DNA of 64,000 bases from Eledone cirrhosa (lineage: Eukaryota), in the NCBI GenBank assembly GCA_964016885.1, contig OZ024763.1, positions 23,126,001 to 23,190,000 on the forward strand, read 5' to 3'. The notes under the pieces were generated by a model. That model made no database searches, was not told the DNA's origin, and was given only the letters and a program-made list of their open reading frames with translations. The number at the start of each line of letters is the position of its first letter. Within the stretch, counting starts at the first letter, position 1. The position numbers were made by a program, and so were the translations under genes. Positions 59,341 through 64,000 of the stretch are shown piece by piece.

Positions 59341-60624
59341 GTACGACAACTACAAGAGAAGTACCTAGCTAAAGGTAAACCCCTCTACTTAGCTTTTGTC
59401 GACTTGGAGAAAGCCTTCGACAGAGTCCCCCGCTCCATTATCTGGTGGGCTCTTAGAAAACTAGGCGTTGACGAATGGCTTGTGAGGGCTATACAAGCCA
59501 TGTATAAAGAAACAGTCAGCAAGGTTAGAATTAACAACGAATATAGTGAAGAGTTTAGCGTAAAAGTCGGCGTCCATCAGGGCTCTGTTCTCAGTCCACT
59601 ACTATTTATTATTGCCCTTCAGGCCATAACAGAGGAGTTCAAGACAGGCTGCCCATGGGAACTCCTATACGCAGACGACCTGACACTCATAGCGGAATCA
59701 ATGGCCGAGCTAGAGAAGAAATTCCAAACATGGAAGCACGGCCTAGAGTCAAAAGGACTTAAAATTAACCTGGCTAAGACCAAAGTACTAGTTTGTAGGA
59801 AAGAAAACAAGGCGGCGGTCCCTTCTGGGAAATGGTCGTGCTCGGTGTGTAGGAAAGGCGTAGGTAGAAACTCCATTTTATGTCCTAAATGCAAAGTATG
59901 GGTGCATAAAAGATGTAGTGGGATCACAGGTAGGCTAACTAAGAACATAGATTTTACATGTGGCCGGTGCTCTGGTGCAATAAGTAGCAGCAAGTGCCCA
60001 CAAACTACTAGCTCTTTCAATTGCGCAGAGGGTTCTATAGAAATAGTGGACAGCTTCCGTTACCTGGGCGATAAAATCAGCAGTGGGGGAGGGTGCTCTG
60101 AAAGTACTGTAGCTAGAGTCAGAACTGGTTGGAAAAAGTTCAGAGAGCTTATACCACTATTAGCTGCTAAAGGGTTCTCACTAAAAATGAAAGGCAGGTT
60201 GTACGATGCCTGCATACGAACAGCAATGCTGCATGGCAGTGAGACCTGGGCATTGTGTGCAGAGGATATACGCAGACTAGAGAGGAACGAAGCTTGCATG
60301 CTCCGCTGGATGTGTAACAGTAATATACGTGAACGGCAAAGCATAAACGAACTAAGGAATAAATTAGAGATAAGAGGGATCAGATGTTGTTTACTCGAGA
60401 GAAGGCTACGTTGGTATGGACACGTGATGCGCATGAAAGTCGATAGCTGTATAACAAAGTGCAGGGCAATAAAGATAGACGGTAGTCACGGAATAGGCAG
60501 ACCTAGAAAAACCTGGGACGAGCTGATAAACTCCGACATCACACACTTACACCTCTCCAAGACAATGTCACTGGACCGAGACCTTTGGCGGTACTCAGTA
60601 ACAGAGAAGACCCGCCTTACCTAA
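59341..60624 (+). pseudogene. N-terminally truncated reverse transcriptase ORF of the RTE element (RT motifs 3-7 plus thumb/C-terminal region)
   Basis: The frame is open from the junction: VRQLQEKYLAKGKPLYLAFVDLEKAFDRV (motif 3), GVHQGSVLSPLLF (motif 4), YADD (59668-59679, motif 5), GLKINLAKTKVL (motif 6), IVDSFRYLG (motif 7); stop TAA ends at 60624. The track's 'M' at 59404 is an internal TTG (Leu), not a real start. No internal stops or frameshifts. Confidence 0.93.
59839..59970 (+). other. C4HC3 (PHD-type) zinc finger coding segment inserted within the RT domain
   Basis: CSVC-x10-CPKC-x4-H-x2-C-x14-CGRC, with an aromatic residue (F) two positions before the last Cys pair. This is PHD ligand order and spacing. 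It lies between RT motifs 6 and 7. Confidence 0.85.
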
Positions 60625-60763
60625 ATATATAGTAAAACCTACTCCAGCCAGTAGGCATCTCTAACAAATACACCCCGTCCCACCACCCCCACCCGATCCA
60701 CACCACCCCGTTCTATGTAAAGTTATGTTGGTGCCGCGCCATCGAGGCCGAAACAAATGAGAT

Positions 60764-60861
60764 CGTGTAGGTGTCACGACAAAAAAACACACAGTCCACG
60801 CTGTAATGTGGCCGTGTAGGCAACACGGTAAAAACCTCCCAGACCCACACTGTAAATGTGG
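60764..60861 (+). repeat. Degenerate 2x ~49-bp tandem duplication in the 3' UTR
   Basis: CGTGTAGGtgtCACGacAAAAAaacacaCAGtCCACgCTGTAATGTGG (60764-60811) aligns with CGTGTAGGcaaCACGgtAAAAAcctccCAGacCCACaCTGTAAaTGTGG (60813-60861). Confidence 0.8.
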
Positions 60862-60953
60862 TTGGTGTTAGGAAGGGCATCCAACTGTAGAAAACCTGCC
60901 AGACAGTCCTATGCGAGCAAGACAATCACTCTTGCCTCAAGTGGGACTACCCC

Positions 60954-60986
60954 CGTCCAAACCCATGCAAGCGTGGAACACGGACG
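60954..60986 (+). promoter_or_regulatory. 3'-terminal stem-loop, candidate RT recognition signal
   Basis: CGTCC (60954-58) pairs with GGACG (60982-86); inner CCATG (60963-67) pairs with CGTGG (60972-76, one G-U) closing a CAAG loop. It ends 8 nt before the tail, as expected for stringent-type LINE 3' ends. Confidence 0.65.
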
Positions 60987-60994
60987 TTAAACGC

Positions 60995-61015
60995 TGATGA
61001 TGATGATGATGATGA
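60995..61015 (+). repeat. (TGA)7 microsatellite 3' tail of the RTE element
   Basis: Perfect TGA x7 at the element's 3' boundary. RTE-clade elements typically end in short tandem repeats rather than poly(A). Confidence 0.92.
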
Positions 61016-64000
61016 TAACCCCATCAGTGAAGCCCTTTAGTATAGGTCAACTGGGAAATTATAACACACATAACCCTATCAGTGAAGCCCTTTAGTATAG
61101 GTGAACTGGGAAATTATAACATACTAACCCCATCAGTGAAGCCCTTTAGTATAGGTCAACTGGGAAATTATAACATACATAACCCTATCAGTAAAGCCGT
61201 TTAGTATAGGTGAACTGAGAAATTATAACACACATAACCCCATCAGTGAAGCCCTTTAGTATAGGTCAACTGGGAAATTATAACACACATAACCCCATCA
61301 GTGAAGCCCTTTAGTATAGGTGAACTGGGAAATTATAACACACATAACCCCATCAGTGAAGCCCTTTAGTATAGGTCAACTGGGAAATTATAACATACAT
61401 AACCCTATCAGTAAAGCCATTTAGTATAGGTCAACTGGGAAATTATAACATACATAACCCCATCAGTGAAGCCCTTTAGTATAGGTGAACTGGGAAATTA
61501 TAACATACATAACCCTATCAGTGAAGCCCTTTAGTATAGGTCAACTGGGAAATTATAACACACATAACCCTATCAGTAAAGCCCTTTAGTATAGGTCAAC
61601 TGGGAAATTATAACACATGACCCTATCAGTGAAGCCCTTTAGTATAGGTCAACTGGGAAATTATAACACACATAACCCTATCAGTAAAGTCCTTTAGTAT
61701 AGGTCAACTAGGAAATTATAACACACATAACCCCATCAGTGAAGCCCTTCAGTATAGGTCAACTGGGAAATTATAACACACATAACCCCATCAGTGAAGC
61801 CCTTTAGTATAGGTGAACTGGAAAATTATAACACACATAACCCCATCAGTGAAGCCCTTTAGTATAGGTGAACTGGGAAATTCTAACACACATAACCCCA
61901 TCAGTGAAGCCCTTTAGTATAGGTCAACTGGGAAATTATAACACACATAACCCTATCAGTGAAGCCCTTTAGTATAGGTCAACTGGGAAATTATAACATA
62001 CATAACCCTATCAGTGAAGCCCTTTAGTATAGGTTAACTTGGAAATTATAACACACATAACCCTATCAGTGAAGCCCTTCACTATAGGTCAACTGGGAAA
62101 TTATAACATACATAACCCTATCAGAAAAACCCTTTAGTATAGGTCAACTGGGAAATTTATAACACATAACCCTATCAGTGAAGCCCTTTAGTATAGGTCA
62201 ACTGGGAAATTATAACATACATAACCCTATCAGTAAAGCCCTTTAGTATAGGTCAACTGGGAAATTATAACACATAACCCTATCAGTGAAGCCCTTTAGT
62301 ATAGGTCAACTGGGAAATTATAACACACATAACCCTATCAGTAAAGCCCTTTAGTATAGGTCAACTGGGAAATTATAACATACTAACCCCATCAGTGAAG
62401 CCCTTTAGTATAGGTCAACTGGGAAATTATAACACATAACCCTATCAGTGAAGCCCTTTAGTATAGGTCAACTGGGAAATTATAACACACATAACCCTAT
62501 CAGTGAAGCCCTTTAGTATAGGTCAACTGGGAAATTATAACACACATAACCCTATCAGTGAAGCCCTTTAGTATAGGTGAACTGGGAAATTATAACACAT
62601 AACCCTATCAGTGAAGCCCTTTAGTATAGGTCAACTGGGAAATTATAACACACATAACCTCATCAGTAAAGCCCTTTAGTATAGGTCAACTGGGAAATTA
62701 TAACACACATAACCCTATCAGTGAAGCCCTTTAATATAGGTCAACTGGGAAATTATAACACACATAACCCTATCAGAAAAACCCTTTAGTATAGGTCAAC
62801 TGGGAAATTTATAACACATAACCCTATCAGTGAAGCCCTTTAGTATAGGTCAACTGGGAAATTATAACATACATAACCCTATCAGTAAAGCCCTTTAGTA
62901 TAGGTCAACTGGGAAATTATAACACATAACCCTATCAGTGAAGCCCTTTAGTATAGGTCAACTGGGAAATTATAACACACATAACCCTATCAGTAAAGCC
63001 CTTTAGTATAGGTCAACTGGGAAATTATAACATACTAACCCCATCAGTGAAGCCCTTTAGTATAGGTCAACTGGGAAATTATAACACATAACCCTATCAG
63101 TGAAGCCCTTTAGTATAGGTCAACTGGGAAATTATAACACACATAACCCTATCAGTGAAGCCCTTTAGTATAGGTCAACTGGGAAATTATAACACACATA
63201 ACCCCATCAGTGAAGCCCTTCAGTATAGGTCAACTGGGAAATTATAACACACATAACCCCATCAGTGAAGCCCTTTAGTATAGGTCAACTGGGAAATTAT
63301 AACATACTAACCCCATCAGTGAAGCCCTTTAGTATAGGTGAACTGGGAAATTATAACATACTAACCCCATCAGTGAAGCCCTTTAGTATAGGTCAACTGG
63401 GAAATTATAACATACATAACCCTATCAGTGAAGCCCTTTAGTATAGGTCAACTGGGAAATTATAACACACATAATCCCATCAGTGAAGCCCTTTAGTATA
63501 GGTCAACTGGGAAATTATAACATACATAACCCCATCAGTGAAGCCCTTTAGTATAGGTCAACTGGGAAATTATAACACACATAACCCTATCAGTGAAGCC
63601 CTTTAGTATAGGTGAACTGGGAAATTATAACATACTAACCCCATCAGTGAAGCCCTTTAGTATAGGTCAACTGGGAAATTATAACATACATAACCCTATC
63701 AGTGAAGCCCTTTAGTATAGGTCAACTAGGAAATTATAACACACATAACCCCATCAGTGAAGCCCTTCAGTATAGGTCAACTGGGAATTTATAACACACA
63801 TAACCCCATCAGTGAAGCCCTTTAGTATAGGTGAACTGGGAAATTATAACATACTTAACCCTATCAGTGAAGCCCTTTAGTATAGGTTAACTTGGAAATT
63901 ATAACACACATAACCCTATCAGTGAAGCTCTTTAGTATAGGTCAAATGGGAAATTATAACACACATAACCCCGTCAGTGAAGCCCTTTAGTATAGGTCAA
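61015..64000 (+). repeat. 55-bp satellite DNA tandem array, right segment (about 55 monomers, continues beyond window end)
   Basis: Same monomer and orientation, resuming in phase (ATAACCCCATCAGTG...) immediately after the (TGA)n tail of the retrotransposon. Confidence 0.99.

Larger units (their letters stand above)
60625..60994 (+). other. 3' UTR of the RTE element with several predicted RNA structures
   Basis: Lies between the ORF stop and the (TGA)n tail. Contains a C-rich tract, a degenerate 49-bp tandem duplication and two further hairpins. Confidence 0.85.
59341..61015 (+). mobile_element. 5'-truncated non-LTR retrotransposon (LINE), RTE clade, about 1.67 kb
   Basis: Non-satellite insert encoding a non-LTR-type RT with RTE-like C-terminal motifs (RRLRWYGHVMRM, GRPRKTW), then a 3' UTR and a short tandem-repeat tail (TGA)7. 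The 5' end falls inside the RT; there is no endonuclease domain and no LTRs. ATA is present at both junctions (59338-59340, 61015-61017). Confidence 0.93.

Noticed and set aside
59619-60434. Minus-strand ORFs of 133 aa and 124 aa
   Set aside because: Antisense shadows of the RT frame with no recognisable motifs.
60713-60925. Minus-strand 70-aa ORF
   Set aside because: Lies antisense within the LINE 3' UTR; short, with no protein features.
60740-61000. Hammerhead or HDV ribozyme in the 3' UTR (GAGGCCGAAAC at about 60744; CTGATGA at 60994)
   Set aside because: The core elements are not juxtaposed with supporting stems; CTGATGA is simply the start of the (TGA)n tail. No HDV double-pseudoknot core could be assembled by eye.
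59286-61075. Long (monomer-sized) target-site duplication
   Set aside because: The variant order across the insertion matches empty paralogs (about 5880-6250) with no extra monomer; only ATA is repeated.
1-64000. CRISPR array, or RT-associated repeat array (retron/DGR/RT-Cas-like system)
   Set aside because: There are no unique spacers, leader or cas genes. The RT is a eukaryotic RTE-type LINE fragment that interrupts a monomer, with empty-site paralogs, so the association reflects insertion rather than an operon.

Overview
Eukaryotic (most likely animal) heterochromatin-type sequence with no host genes. About 97% of the window is one head-to-tail satellite array with a 55-bp monomer (consensus CCCYATCAGTRAAGCCCTTTAGTATAGGTSAACTGGGAAATTATAACAYACATAA; 53/54/56-bp and 42-bp variants; roughly 1,140 monomers) running off both ends. 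Diagnostic variants show nested higher-order duplications with periods of 652, 2,011, 3,611, about 4,400, 6,785 and 12,447/10,316 bp. The array is interrupted once (59341-61015) by a young, 5'-truncated RTE-clade non-LTR retrotransposon. It has an uninterrupted reverse transcriptase frame, a ~390-bp 3' UTR, a (TGA)7 tail and a 3-bp ATA duplication/microhomology. The most notable items are (i) a C4HC3 PHD-type zinc finger inserted inside the RT domain between motifs 6 and 7, (ii) a duplicated ~49-nt putative pseudoknot module in the 3' UTR, and (iii) empty-site paralogs in the array that allow the insertion to be reconstructed and relatively dated. All offsets and pairings were read by eye and need computational confirmation. 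I cannot establish novelty without database searches.
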